The notes beneath the pieces are model-generated. The model was not told the DNA's origin. It saw only the letters and a program-made list of their open reading frames with translations, and searched no databases. Below, one piece after another: positions 49,257 through 59,444 of a stretch of DNA of 64,000 nt. Source of the stretch: Alphaproteobacteria bacterium (GTDB lineage: Bacteria > Pseudomonadota > Alphaproteobacteria > Rs-D84 > CACZYB01). Every line of letters starts with the position of its first letter. Position 1 is the first letter of the stretch. Both the position numbers and the translations under genes were made by a program. Location: contig JAEDDP010000001.1 of the NCBI GenBank assembly GCA_016297965.1, forward strand, positions 75,347 to 139,346. Direction: 5' to 3'.

Positions 49257-50626
49257 AAAACAGGTTTAAAAAATTTAAAAATGTTTGTGGTGTGTCTTTG
49301 CTTGAAATAGTATTGGCACTTGGAATTATGGCGGTTATTACTCCGGTTGTAATGAAGCTTGTTTTTAAAGATTTGTCGGATGTTAAATATTTGAATATTT
49401 CCAAACAGTTGAAACAGTTTATAAAATCGTTGTCGGCGTATGCTTCCACAAAGCGGGAAGATTGGGCGATAAACAGTTTTGGTAATATAACAAAGGCAAA
49501 TTTGGCATCGTACGGTCTTGAAGATACGGTTGATAGCCAAATCCTTGATAATGTTTCTATTCGTTATACAAAGGATGCGGACAGTAAGGTTGTTGTTTAT
49601 GCAGTTATAAATATGAATTCGTTCCCGCTGGATGTGGTATCGTTTAAAAAAACGTTGATGTTTGTTGGTGATAATATTGGGTATACACTATCGGACAGTT
49701 GTGGTTCGTGTACGACAAAGTCGTGTGTGTGTGGAATAAATGGTGATTGGGGTACAACCTATGCTGAGGTAACTGGTGGCGAGGGAACTTTTTCAGATTC
49801 CGATTTAATCGCGGTTGTTCGTATAGATGATACCTTGATTGAAAATGAATATTCTTCAAATTTATTTTTATACAGGAACAGTCAGGGTGGAACGTCCGGT
49901 AATGTGATGGGACGTGATTTATCGCTTGGTGGTCATGATATTAAAAATATTAAGGATATTTATGTTAACAACCTTTTTGGAAAAAACGAATCCACACCAC
50001 TTATTACACTTAATGCAGACAATGGAGAATTTGATGGTTCAGTTAGTATCCTTAATGCAATAATTTTTGATGATGAGGCGGAATTGGAATTTAGTGATGG
50101 GGCATTTGTTTTTGCTCCGGAAATAAACTTTTTGGCGGATACATATTTGTATGAATTTAGTGCACCGAATGCAACATTGGCGCGCGCTCCCTCTTCAAAC
50201 AGCTATGCCTCCAAAATAGATGTGGATCGGTCGGTAAAGCTTGGGACCTTACAGGTGCAAAATTTGTCCTTTTCATCCCTTACAAATTCGGGATTGGTGA
50301 TAAATGATAATGAAACATCTTCTTCGGCTTCGTCGTTTATTGTTTCATCGCAATTAAAGGTGGATGTGCCAAATTTATCAATTGGGAACCTTCGGACAAA
50401 GGTTTTAACCGTGAATAATTATCCGATTTATTCAAACCTTGGCACGGCATCGTTTTCGTCGTCCGGTGGTGTTATGTCGTATTCAACGGTTCCAACGGTA
50501 GTTGTAAATAATATTCCGGGATCGTCCGCTGGGGTGAATATTTTTACAAAAATTCCCGAATTTTCAGAGGCGGTAGAGACTTTAACTACATCAATAAAAC
50601 AAAGAATGGCGGCAAGTGGAAATTAA
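49247..50626 (+). CDS. large pilin-like protein 2 (459 aa)
   Basis: MSLKNRFKKFKNVCG|VSLLE followed by IVLALGIMAV; Gly at -1 and Glu at +5. 10-nt overlap with the upstream gene. Confidence 0.5.
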   Translation: MSLKNRFKKFKNVCGVSLLEIVLALGIMAVITPVVMKLVFKDLSDVKYLNISKQLKQFIKSLSAYASTKREDWAINSFGNITKANLASYGLEDTVDSQILDNVSIRYTKDADSKVVVYAVINMNSFPLDVVSFKKTLMFVGDNIGYTLSDSCGSCTTKSCVCGINGDWGTTYAEVTGGEGTFSDSDLIAVVRIDDTLIENEYSSNLFLYRNSQGGTSGNVMGRDLSLGGHDIKNIKDIYVNNLFGKNESTPLITLNADNGEFDGSVSILNAIIFDDEAELEFSDGAFVFAPEINFLADTYLYEFSAPNATLARAPSSNSYASKIDVDRSVKLGTLQVQNLSFSSLTNSGLVINDNETSSSASSFIVSSQLKVDVPNLSIGNLRTKVLTVNNYPIYSNLGTASFSSSGGVMSYSTVPTVVVNNIPGSSAGVNIFTKIPEFSEAVETLTTSIKQRMAASGN

Positions 50627-52022
50627 AATGTTTAAAAATTTGAAAAATGATAATGGTGGAATCTTATTGGAAGTTTTGCTTATGCTTGCAATATTGATGG
50701 TTATATTTCCAATTATGCAACGGGATATAAAAAAGCGGACGGACAATATTCGTAATCAAATGGTTGTGAAGGATTTGATGAAATTAAAGGGGGCCGTTGA
50801 AACTTATTTAAAGAAAAAGCCGACGTTTGAAACGGCGATTGTGGATATTCCATTTTCTGATTTGGTGGACAGCGGACTTCCAAAAAGTTTTGCAAAAAAG
50901 AATGTCTTGGATCAGGAATATAAGGTAAGGGTTAGGGTATCAAATGATGCCGATGGAAACCTTATCTATGATGCGATTGTTTTTGCTACCGGAAATGCCG
51001 AACTTTCGTCTATACGACTTCGTGATATTGTAAAGGATGCAAAGGGGTATGCCGGATATGTTGAAGATGGACTTATTTATGGTCCGGATTGGCAGTTGTC
51101 GGTTGCACCGTGGAATTCATCGGGGGATATTGATGAAACCTCCATTGTTGTAAAAACCGGATTTTCAAAAAAGGATTATAAGTATGTGTCAAGGGTTCCG
51201 GGGATTGGTTCGTCAACGATGGAAACGAATCTTTATATGAATCTTAATGGTATTTATAATGTGAATGATATGTTTGTAAGTGATAAGGCGGAATTTGGTT
51301 CGGCGGTGTTTGATGGAACGACAAAGGTTTCCGATGTGTCCGTTGCGGAAAATATGCATTTGCAGGCGCATTTGAATATCGGAAAGTCGTTTAACTTTCC
51401 AAACGGGCTTGATATGAAACGTATGTCATACAGTGATGAGTATGCAGCATCAGTATTGATTGATACTTTGTTGCATTTTAAGGGAAGTTTGTATTTATCA
51501 ACATTGGAAACAAATATCCTTCGTTCGGCAACGGCGACTTCGTTGTTGGTAAGTACGGCCTCAACTTCACCTACGTATATGAAGATTGTGAACTATCTTT
51601 CATTTATGCCGGAGGCAAATTTAAGTTCGGTTTTATCCCTTATGGAGGTTTATGTGAATTCGGTTCTTGTTGATAAAACTTCTCTTACTTCCTCCTATGG
51701 TGTGAAGTTTGGTTCTATTGAAAGTATGGCAAACAGGGCGTTGTATTTTATGAATTCAAAATCGGCATCGTTAAATGATGTTATTGTGCGGGATGTGAAT
51801 AACTGGCTTATCCAAAATCAAAAGAAAATTGGTGGTATTGATATTACCGAAACAACCCCAATAAGTGTTGTGTTAAGGGGTATTTTTTATGAATATGGTG
51901 ATGTGTATAAGTTGTTTTACAATGCGTACCCAGCAAATAATGCTCCTATGCCATATTGGTATTATAACCTTTATAAACGTTGCGAATATAATGAATGTTC
52001 GGATACCGGATGGCATAAGTAG
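50616..52022 (+). CDS. large pilin-like protein 3 (468 aa)
   Basis: M(EIKM)FKNLKNDNG|GILLE followed by VLLMLAILMVIF; Glu at +5. 11-nt overlap with the upstream gene. Confidence 0.5.
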   Translation: MEIKMFKNLKNDNGGILLEVLLMLAILMVIFPIMQRDIKKRTDNIRNQMVVKDLMKLKGAVETYLKKKPTFETAIVDIPFSDLVDSGLPKSFAKKNVLDQEYKVRVRVSNDADGNLIYDAIVFATGNAELSSIRLRDIVKDAKGYAGYVEDGLIYGPDWQLSVAPWNSSGDIDETSIVVKTGFSKKDYKYVSRVPGIGSSTMETNLYMNLNGIYNVNDMFVSDKAEFGSAVFDGTTKVSDVSVAENMHLQAHLNIGKSFNFPNGLDMKRMSYSDEYAASVLIDTLLHFKGSLYLSTLETNILRSATATSLLVSTASTSPTYMKIVNYLSFMPEANLSSVLSLMEVYVNSVLVDKTSLTSSYGVKFGSIESMANRALYFMNSKSASLNDVIVRDVNNWLIQNQKKIGGIDITETTPISVVLRGIFYEYGDVYKLFYNAYPANNAPMPYWYYNLYKRCEYNECSDTGWHK

Positions 52023-52030
52023 AATTCAAA

Positions 52031-52062
52031 AATAAAAGGCTTTTTTATTAAAGCCTTTTCAT
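52031..52062. terminator. bidirectional terminator
   Basis: AAAGGCTTTTTTATTAAAGCCTTT hairpin between convergent genes. Confidence 0.55.
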
Positions 52063-52764
52063 TTCATCCTCTACTATTCCAACAAATTTTTTTTGAAAAT
52101 CAAGATGGGACATACTTCCGGTTTCAATTGGTGGAAGGATATGAACCTGTATTGTGCCAGGATATTTTAAAAAGCTTTTTTTGGGCCAATAAATTCCGGA
52201 ATTCATTGCAATAGGAACAACAAAAGTTTTTATATTTTCCGTAATCAAACTTAATCCAGATTTATAATTTGCGGGAGTGTTTGGTTTTGTCCTTGTTCCC
52301 TCAGGGAATATTATTATGTTTTGATTTTGAAGTCTGTCCTTAAACTTGTTTGTTAAATCCTTTATCATTCCTTTATTGGCATGACCGCGGTTGATTGGAA
52401 TATTTTTTGCCTTTAAAAGGGCGATTCCAAAAAGTGGAATGAATGCCAATTCCTTTTTAAACATAAAAACACTTGGATGTAAAAATGTTTGGTATGCAAC
52501 TGTTTCCCAGGCAGACTGGTGTTTTGATGCAAATACTACATGTGTATTTTGAGGGATGTTTTCAAGTCCGGTGATTTTATAGTCAAGGTGGCAAATGTGT
52601 TTTAATAACCAAAGGGAGCTTTTACTCCAAATTTTGGCAACCTTTAATGTATAAATGGATGGCATAAATAACATTGGTAATGCACTTATTGAAAAAATGA
52701 TAGAGGCAATTAAAAACATAATATTGAAAATTGCTGAACGTATGAAAATATTAAGCTTTTGCAT
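52048..52764 (-). CDS. plsC: 1-acyl-sn-glycerol-3-phosphate acyltransferase
   Basis: HQSAWE (HX4D-like) and FPEGTRT motifs. Confidence 0.8.
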   Translation of the reverse strand: MQKLNIFIRSAIFNIMFLIASIIFSISALPMLFMPSIYTLKVAKIWSKSSLWLLKHICHLDYKITGLENIPQNTHVVFASKHQSAWETVAYQTFLHPSVFMFKKELAFIPLFGIALLKAKNIPINRGHANKGMIKDLTNKFKDRLQNQNIIIFPEGTRTKPNTPANYKSGLSLITENIKTFVVPIAMNSGIYWPKKSFLKYPGTIQVHILPPIETGSMSHLDFQKKFVGIVEDEMKRL

Positions 52765-52770
52765 TTTTTA

Positions 52771-53469
52771 TTATAGGACTCCTTGAATTTTTACGGCGGT
52801 TTTGGTTTCTATACCCGATAAATTCCATAAATATGTTAGCATATATTTATTGTATTCACCGAATACCAAATATAGTATTTTTGGATTTGAAAATGGACTG
52901 TTCCCCTTTTCCGATAGTGGTATAGGATGATAGATTATTGTTTTTTTAGGTAGGTACTTTTTGAATAAAAGTTTTGCCCGTGGCATATGATAATATGACG
53001 TTATAAGTCGGATACTTTTTATATTATTTTTTCCTGCCCAAACGGCACTTTCCAGTGCATTTTCAATTGTGTTTTCGGCGATACCAGTTTCAATCCTTGA
53101 ACGTATGGCATCAGGTGAAGACAAAAGCTTTCCATCACGTTGTAATTGTGCGATTGATTTATTTATAACCTTTTCAATCGGAGCCTGTCGGTGGACACCG
53201 GAAATGAAAAGTCTGTCGGCATTACCCTTTGCAAATTCGTTTATGCCATCAACAATTCTTTTCGTTTCACCGGTTAAAATTATTATGGCGTCCGTTTTTT
53301 CATTTGGGTATTCGGTTTTGTATTCAAGTGATAGTGCGAAATACAAAAATCCCAACAGGTATGCAACAAGGCACAAAAACATCCTTATGATATATTTTTT
53401 TGCACGAAGTTGATCTTCGCTTAATTCCTTTGTCGGTTTAAAGCCTTCCTTATATTTTTCAATGACCAT
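52771..53469 (-). CDS. DUF218 (ElyC/SanA/YdcF-family) protein
   Basis: N-terminal TM, then DAIIILTGETKRIVDGINEFAKGNADRLFISGV, which is typical of DUF218. Confidence 0.55.
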   Translation of the reverse strand: MVIEKYKEGFKPTKELSEDQLRAKKYIIRMFLCLVAYLLGFLYFALSLEYKTEYPNEKTDAIIILTGETKRIVDGINEFAKGNADRLFISGVHRQAPIEKVINKSIAQLQRDGKLLSSPDAIRSRIETGIAENTIENALESAVWAGKNNIKSIRLITSYYHMPRAKLLFKKYLPKKTIIYHPIPLSEKGNSPFSNPKILYLVFGEYNKYMLTYLWNLSGIETKTAVKIQGVL

Positions 53470-53470
53470 A

Positions 53471-54352
53471 TTAAACCATCTTTTTTAATTCTTTGTTAAT
53501 TGTTAAAACAGCACTTATTTTTGCGATTATACCAGCAATGATTGGAATTATCAATACATACAAATAAATGTATGCCGGAAATTGGAATTGTCCGATTGTT
53601 TCATTGGTTAGATATGATGCAGATATTTTTATTACAAAAATTGTAAAGCAAGAAAAAAGGTATCCAATGCTTCCGCCAAGAAGGGCAAGCTTCATCATTT
53701 GTCGCGAAAATTGGGTGGTAATGTATTTGTTTGTTGCACCAACCATATGCATAATATTTATTACCTTTTTATTTATATTTAATCCAGATTTTGTGGCATA
53801 GCAAATTGTAAGTCCGGTTGTTGTAAGGATAAGGATTATTATTATCCCAAGAAGTGTTTGTATTGCGGAAATGCTTGCCTTAAAATCGTAAATCCATTTA
53901 TCAAATGTTTCAAATTTTATGTTTTTGGAATAGTTGGCAATTTCTTTTTTAAGGGCGGTTTGGTTAAGTGGAATTATATCTGAAACCTCCACATTGATAA
54001 TTCGTGGAAGTGGTAAATCGGTTGTAAAATCACCAAGCCATGGTTTAAGAAGTTCGGATGTTTCTTTGGTGGATACAATGTAATGTGATTTTATGCCGGG
54101 GGTTTGTTTGAGTATGGTTGTTATATTTTTTATTCGGTCATCAAGCTCCTTTTGAGGCTTTTGGGATGTCATATCTGGTAAAACCTGAATTGTTATTTTG
54201 TTTGCCATATACGAACTCCATTCGCTTGTTATATTACTACTTATCAATGCGGTTGCAAAAGTTATTGATGCAAGGAAAACCATAAATGCAGTTATGAATG
54301 GTAAAAATCCCTTATTTAAATCAGTTTTGAATGCAATGTCTGTTTTTAACAT
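53471..54352 (-). CDS. ftsX: cell-division ABC transporter permease FtsX
   Basis: 4-TM FtsX-like topology immediately downstream of ftsE. Confidence 0.7.
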   Translation of the reverse strand: MLKTDIAFKTDLNKGFLPFITAFMVFLASITFATALISSNITSEWSSYMANKITIQVLPDMTSQKPQKELDDRIKNITTILKQTPGIKSHYIVSTKETSELLKPWLGDFTTDLPLPRIINVEVSDIIPLNQTALKKEIANYSKNIKFETFDKWIYDFKASISAIQTLLGIIIILILTTTGLTICYATKSGLNINKKVINIMHMVGATNKYITTQFSRQMMKLALLGGSIGYLFSCFTIFVIKISASYLTNETIGQFQFPAYIYLYVLIIPIIAGIIAKISAVLTINKELKKMV

Positions 54353-54356
54353 AATT

Positions 54357-55046
54357 TTATTCCTTTGTTAGGTATCCATCTTGGAGATGAAGAACAGGAA
54401 AGTTAAATTGTTTTATAAGGTTTGTACTGTGGGTGGCAATAATTACGGTGGTTCCCATCTTGTTTAATTCCAAAAATAAAAACAAAAGCTTTTTTGCCAT
54501 TTCGTCGTCAACATTGCCGGTTGGTTCGTCGGCGATAAGGATTTCTGGATTGTTTATCACCGCACGGGCGATTGCGACACGTTGTTGTTGTCCACCCGAA
54601 AGAAGTTTTGGTTTTGTATTTATAAAGCTTTTAAGTCCAACCCATTCAATCAATTCGGGAACATGGGCTTGGATATATTTTTCACTTTTGCCGGCAATTC
54701 GCAATGGAAGTGCGACATTGTCAAGTACGGATAGATGGTCAAGAAGATGATAATCCTGAAATACGATGCCAATTTTTCGGCGGATATGTGCCATATCGTA
54801 TTGTTTGATATTATCAACATCGTGGCCGAAAATACGAACCTTTCCACGGGTTGGTTTATGGGCAAGATGAAGCAGTTTTAATAGGGTCGTTTTACCGGCA
54901 CCGCTGGCTCCGGTTAAAAAATAAAAATCACCCGCCTTTAATTCAAGGTTTATATCCTTTAATACCTCAGGTCCGGCATTATATCTTAATCCAACATTTT
55001 GCAAACTTATTATTGGTTTGTTGTTGGGATTGTTTGATTTTTGCAT
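54357..55046 (-). CDS. ftsE: cell-division ATP-binding protein FtsE
   Basis: Walker A GASGAGKTT, signature LSGGQQQRVAIARA, Walker B ILIADEPT. Confidence 0.85.
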   Translation of the reverse strand: MQKSNNPNNKPIISLQNVGLRYNAGPEVLKDINLELKAGDFYFLTGASGAGKTTLLKLLHLAHKPTRGKVRIFGHDVDNIKQYDMAHIRRKIGIVFQDYHLLDHLSVLDNVALPLRIAGKSEKYIQAHVPELIEWVGLKSFINTKPKLLSGGQQQRVAIARAVINNPEILIADEPTGNVDDEMAKKLLFLFLELNKMGTTVIIATHSTNLIKQFNFPVLHLQDGYLTKE

Positions 55047-55175
55047 TTATTCCTCCGTGTAATCCTATGATACAAAATTTTTACAAAAATACAAATATTT
55101 TATTTTAATGAATTGAAAATTTAATATATTTGTTTTATACTCCGATTTATACTAAGTATTTTATAAGAGGTTAAA

Positions 55176-55880
55176 ATGATTATTCAGTGTCCTAAATGTA
55201 AAACAAATTTTGAAGTTGATGATAATGCTTTGAAAAATGGTGAAATGAAGTTTCAATGTGCCGAATGTGCATACGTTTGGACCGTTAATATTTTAAAGCA
55301 AGAAAAAAAACGTGAAAGTGTGGAAGATAACTCCGTACAATCGGAGGAACAAAAGCTTCCTTCGTGTCTTGTGGATGAGAGGGAAGAAAAGGAGGTCAAA
55401 TCTTCGGTTGTATCAATTAAAAAAACACTTTTGAATGTCTTTTCAATGAAAAATGTTTTGCTTTTCCTTCTTGCAATGATCTTTTTCGGTGTTGTGTTTT
55501 TGGTTGCTGGGTTTGTGTCTTCATCTGATGTATCAAATTCGGGAAAAAGTATTTTTGATGTTTCCAGAAAATCGGATAGTAAGAAGACAGATTTGTATAT
55601 TGAGATTGCAAAGCCACTTACTTTGGTAACAGAAGGAACAAATGATTATATTATTATTCGTGGTTTTATTTATAATCCATCAGATATTAGTGTTAGTATA
55701 CCAAAGCTTGTTATTCGTTTGAAAAATGCTGATAATCGTGTGCTTCAAGAACAGGAACGTGAAGTAGAAGTAAAACAGCTTTCTCCACTTGAAAAAACAG
55801 ATTTTATGTTTAAAGTGTTTAAGTTTTCATCGCAAGTGCGTAGTATAGAGGTTGATTTTATTGAACCTGATAAGATTTAA
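55176..55880 (+). CDS. MJ0042-type zinc-ribbon protein with a DUF3426-like C-terminal domain
   Basis: MIIQCPKCKTNFEVDD...FQCAECAYVW zinc ribbon, a TM segment, then a beta-rich domain. Confidence 0.6.
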   Translation: MIIQCPKCKTNFEVDDNALKNGEMKFQCAECAYVWTVNILKQEKKRESVEDNSVQSEEQKLPSCLVDEREEKEVKSSVVSIKKTLLNVFSMKNVLLFLLAMIFFGVVFLVAGFVSSSDVSNSGKSIFDVSRKSDSKKTDLYIEIAKPLTLVTEGTNDYIIIRGFIYNPSDISVSIPKLVIRLKNADNRVLQEQEREVEVKQLSPLEKTDFMFKVFKFSSQVRSIEVDFIEPDKI

Positions 55881-55895
55881 TAGAGGAGATGTATT

Positions 55896-56360
55896 TTGAG
55901 AAAAATATTTTTTGCCTTTTTGGGACTTTTCTTTTCAACGTCTGTTTTTGCCCAGTGGAGTAATTGGTTTAATGTGTCGGATCAACAATATAAGATTTAT
56001 ATTGTAAGTGATGACAGTTTTAATGTGACACAGGGCTTTTATTTAACAAATTTTCCATGTTATGGTCGGTATAATCAGGAGTATTATAAAACGGTTGTCG
56101 GAAAAAATATGATAACATTATATTGTCTTCAACCACCAACTGAAATTTATTTAAGTTATATTACTCGTCCGATTGGTGCGTTTGTTTCCCGTAATACAAA
56201 GGCGGATGGTTTTATGGTTTGTCCGGTGGAAGTTCAAGGCAGTGTTGCAACAGGCGTTATCCCGCGGATGCAGGTAAATATTTCAGATTGTGCGAAAAAT
56301 GAAATAAATACAAAGGCAAATAAGGAAATTATTCAAGAATATGATGGTGTGGAATTATAA
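55896..56360 (+). CDS. secreted hypothetical protein (4 Cys)
   Basis: Signal peptide MRKIFFAFLGLFFSTSVFA. Confidence 0.35.
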   Translation: MRKIFFAFLGLFFSTSVFAQWSNWFNVSDQQYKIYIVSDDSFNVTQGFYLTNFPCYGRYNQEYYKTVVGKNMITLYCLQPPTEIYLSYITRPIGAFVSRNTKADGFMVCPVEVQGSVATGVIPRMQVNISDCAKNEINTKANKEIIQEYDGVEL

Positions 56361-57347
56361 ATGGAAAAAACTTTTAATTTAGTTGTTGATGAAGGCGAAA
56401 AAGGTTTAAGGCTTGATAAATGGCTTGCCTCTAAAATTGAGGGATGTTCACGTGTGAAAATTCAAAGACTTATAAAGTCGGGTTTTGTTTTGGATGCCAA
56501 TGATGAAGTTGTTGCGGACCAAAAGTTGGCGGTGAATGTTGGTGATGAATACAGTGTTCGTATTCCCGAAGATGAGGCTGTTTCAAGTGCAAAACCGGAA
56601 AATATCCCACTTGATATTTTATACGAAGATGATGACATTATTGTTGTAAATAAACCCGCTGGGATGGTGGTTCATCAGGGGGCCGGTGTAAGTTCGGGTA
56701 CATTGGTTAATGCACTTCTTTATCATTGCAACGGTCATCTTTCATCCATTGGTGCCGAAGCAGGACGTCAAGGTATTGTACACAGGCTTGATAAGGATAC
56801 AAGTGGTGCAATGCTTGCGTGCAAAACTGATGTGGCACATTTGGAAATGTATAAACAATTTGCAAATCATTCGGTAAAACGTGAATATTATGCCCTTCTT
56901 TGGGGAATACCGAATCCGGTAAGTGGTCGTATTGAAAAAAATATTGCACGGAATCCCCATTCAAGGCAGGAGATGACGGTGGTGGTTGATGGTGGAAAGC
57001 CAGCGATAACAAACTATGAAACTTTGACAGTGTTTAGTGGTTCAAAGTTTAAACCGCTTGCCCTTGTAAAATGTGTTTTGGAAACGGGGCGGACACATCA
57101 AATTCGTGTGCATATGGCATCTATTGGAACGCCGATTTTGGGTGACGTGGTTTATGGAAATCCAAGTCGTCATATTACCCAGGTTGAAAATGAAGATGTT
57201 CGTTCATTGTTGATGGGAATTTCACGGCAAATGCTTCACAGTAAAAATATTGAATTTATTCATCCGATTACAAAGGAAAAGATGAAGTTTGAAACGAAGC
57301 TTCCTGAGGATATGCAAAAAGTTATAAATTTTTTTAAAGGGGAATAA
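56361..57347 (+). CDS. rluD: RluA-family 23S rRNA pseudouridine synthase (RluD-like)
   Basis: N-terminal S4 domain, catalytic HRLDKDTSGAML, C-terminal HQIRVH. Confidence 0.8.
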   Translation: MEKTFNLVVDEGEKGLRLDKWLASKIEGCSRVKIQRLIKSGFVLDANDEVVADQKLAVNVGDEYSVRIPEDEAVSSAKPENIPLDILYEDDDIIVVNKPAGMVVHQGAGVSSGTLVNALLYHCNGHLSSIGAEAGRQGIVHRLDKDTSGAMLACKTDVAHLEMYKQFANHSVKREYYALLWGIPNPVSGRIEKNIARNPHSRQEMTVVVDGGKPAITNYETLTVFSGSKFKPLALVKCVLETGRTHQIRVHMASIGTPILGDVVYGNPSRHITQVENEDVRSLLMGISRQMLHSKNIEFIHPITKEKMKFETKLPEDMQKVINFFKGE

Positions 57348-57350
57348 CAA

Positions 57351-58118
57351 ATGGAAATGGTACGAAAAATTGGAACTTTGGGTATAGATTTTTTAAAGTC
57401 TGTGTTTAAGTTTTTTTATTTTCTTATGCAAACTATACATAACTGGTTTACACCGCCATATTATCCAAAAATATTTTTTAAAAATGTAATTGAAATTGGT
57501 TTTTATTCGTTGCCGGTTGTTGCATTGACGGCTTTGTTTGCCGGTATGGTTTTGGCATTGCAAAGTTATTCCGGATTTTCAAGCTTTTCTGCCGAAGGGG
57601 CGGTTGCAACGGTGGTTGAAATTGCGATTACCAGAGAGCTTGGCCCTGTGTTCGCGGGACTTATGGTTGCGGGAAGAATTGGTGCAACTATGGCGGCAAG
57701 TATTGGTACTATGAAGGTGACCGAACAAATTGATGCCCTTAAAACTCTTTCTATGAATCCATTTAAATATATTGTATCGCCAAGGGTTTTGGCGGGAATT
57801 TGTATTATGCCGGTTCTTGTCCTTATTGCGGATATTATTGGCATTTTTGGTGGATTTATTGTAAGTGTTAATGAGCTTGGCTTTAATCCATTCGTTTATA
57901 TAAAGGATACCTATAACAGTATGAAAACTATTGATGCGGTTGTTGGTATTGCAAAGGGTGCAACATTTGGTGCCATTATTACATCTATGGGTTGTTATTA
58001 TGGTTATTATACCGAAGGTGGTGCGGATGGTGTTGGAAAGTCAACAACAAATGCGGTTGTGTATTCATCTATTTTGATACTTATTTCAAATTACATATTA
58101 ACGGCAATATTCTTTTAG
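57351..58118 (+). CDS. mlaE: phospholipid ABC transporter permease MlaE
   Basis: MlaE/Ttg2B family, with TRELGPVFAGLMVAGRIGA conserved region. Confidence 0.8.
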   Translation: MEMVRKIGTLGIDFLKSVFKFFYFLMQTIHNWFTPPYYPKIFFKNVIEIGFYSLPVVALTALFAGMVLALQSYSGFSSFSAEGAVATVVEIAITRELGPVFAGLMVAGRIGATMAASIGTMKVTEQIDALKTLSMNPFKYIVSPRVLAGICIMPVLVLIADIIGIFGGFIVSVNELGFNPFVYIKDTYNSMKTIDAVVGIAKGATFGAIITSMGCYYGYYTEGGADGVGKSTTNAVVYSSILILISNYILTAIFF

Positions 58119-58131
58119 GTAGGAGTGGCAA

Positions 58132-58884
58132 ATGGTTAAAAGGGAACCTGCAATAGAGCTTAAAAATGTATATAAATCGTTTGGGTCAAAGTATGTCCTT
58201 CGTGGTCTTGATTTAACGATATATAAGGGCGAATCGGTGGTTTTGCTTGGGCAATCGGGTATGGGAAAATCGGTAAGTATTCGTTTGATGCTTGGGCTTA
58301 TGGATGCAGACAGTGGAAGTATTAAAATCAATGGAAATGAAATAACCGATTTTTCCGAGGAAGAATTTTATCAAAATAACCGAAAAATTGGAATGCTTTT
58401 TCAAAACGGTGCGTTGTTTGATAGTATGACCGTTTGGGAAAATATTGCCTTTTCGTTGCTTAATGTGAAAAAGATAAATCCAGAGGAAGCAAGGAAAATT
58501 GCCATTGAAAAGTTGGCGGATGTTGGTTTGCCGGCAAAGGTTGCGAATATGATGCCTTCGGAACTTTCGGGTGGTATGAGAAAGCGAGTGGGTCTTGCCC
58601 GTGCGATTGCCGATAATCCGGAAATTATTTTCTTTGATGAACCGACGACTGGGCTTGATCCAATTATGTCAGATGTTATAAATAATTTGATTGTTCGGTG
58701 TGTTAAACAGTTGGGTGCTACGGCGTTGACTATTACACATGATATTCATTCAGCAAAAAAAATTGCAGACAGGATTGTAATGCTTTATGATGGAAAAATT
58801 ATTTGGGATGGAAAACCAGAGGATTTAAGTCATCCAAATAATGATTATGTTGAACATTTTGTAAAGGGAATATCCTTAGATTAA
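58132..58884 (+). CDS. mlaF: phospholipid ABC transporter ATP-binding protein MlaF
   Basis: Walker A GQSGMGKS, signature LSGGMRKRVGLARA, Walker B IIFFDEPT. Confidence 0.85.
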   Translation: MVKREPAIELKNVYKSFGSKYVLRGLDLTIYKGESVVLLGQSGMGKSVSIRLMLGLMDADSGSIKINGNEITDFSEEEFYQNNRKIGMLFQNGALFDSMTVWENIAFSLLNVKKINPEEARKIAIEKLADVGLPAKVANMMPSELSGGMRKRVGLARAIADNPEIIFFDEPTTGLDPIMSDVINNLIVRCVKQLGATALTITHDIHSAKKIADRIVMLYDGKIIWDGKPEDLSHPNNDYVEHFVKGISLD

Positions 58885-58896
58885 AAAAATAAAAAA

Positions 58897-58927
58897 TCCC
58901 CCAGTTTTTGGGGGAAATTTTTTTTAG
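58897..58927. terminator. bidirectional terminator
   Basis: CCCCCA-gttttt-TGGGGG followed by T8. Confidence 0.6.
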
Positions 58928-59295
58928 TTTTCAAAATTTGGATTTGGAAGTCGGAAGTCGTCAAATTCAACGACAGGAACCGTTCTTTTTTCTCCAAGTG
59001 CAGTTTTGTATTCATAAATGCCATTAAGTGTTGCACATTTGTCCGCTGGGATTTCAATTCTTTGTGTATCATAATATGTTTTTCCTTCTTCCTTTGGAAG
59101 GCGAACAGTTGTTGTATAATTACATTTTCCGAAAAGGGTGTTATCGCATGCCTTTGCAAGAAGGTAGTTTGAACCAACCTGATATACCTCAAATGCCTCA
59201 TATCCTTCACATTTTGGGTTTGGAATGGTTTCCTTTAATGTGTCAAATTGTTGGCAAGCGCTCAACATCAAAGCAAGTAGTAAAAGTTTTTTCAT
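58924..59295 (-). CDS. small lipoprotein, unknown
   Basis: Lipobox MKKLLLLALMLSAC. Confidence 0.4.
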   Translation of the reverse strand: MKKLLLLALMLSACQQFDTLKETIPNPKCEGYEAFEVYQVGSNYLLAKACDNTLFGKCNYTTTVRLPKEEGKTYYDTQRIEIPADKCATLNGIYEYKTALGEKRTVPVVEFDDFRLPNPNFEN

Positions 59296-59444
59296 TTTTT
59301 CTCCAATTATTTGATTTTACGGTTTATATTTTATTGTATTGTATGATAATTCAAATAACAAGGAAAATATGCGGATTTTCTTTTGACTTGACAATTATAA
59401 ACTTAAATGTTATTTTGTCTAAATAAATAATAGGAGTGTGAAAT

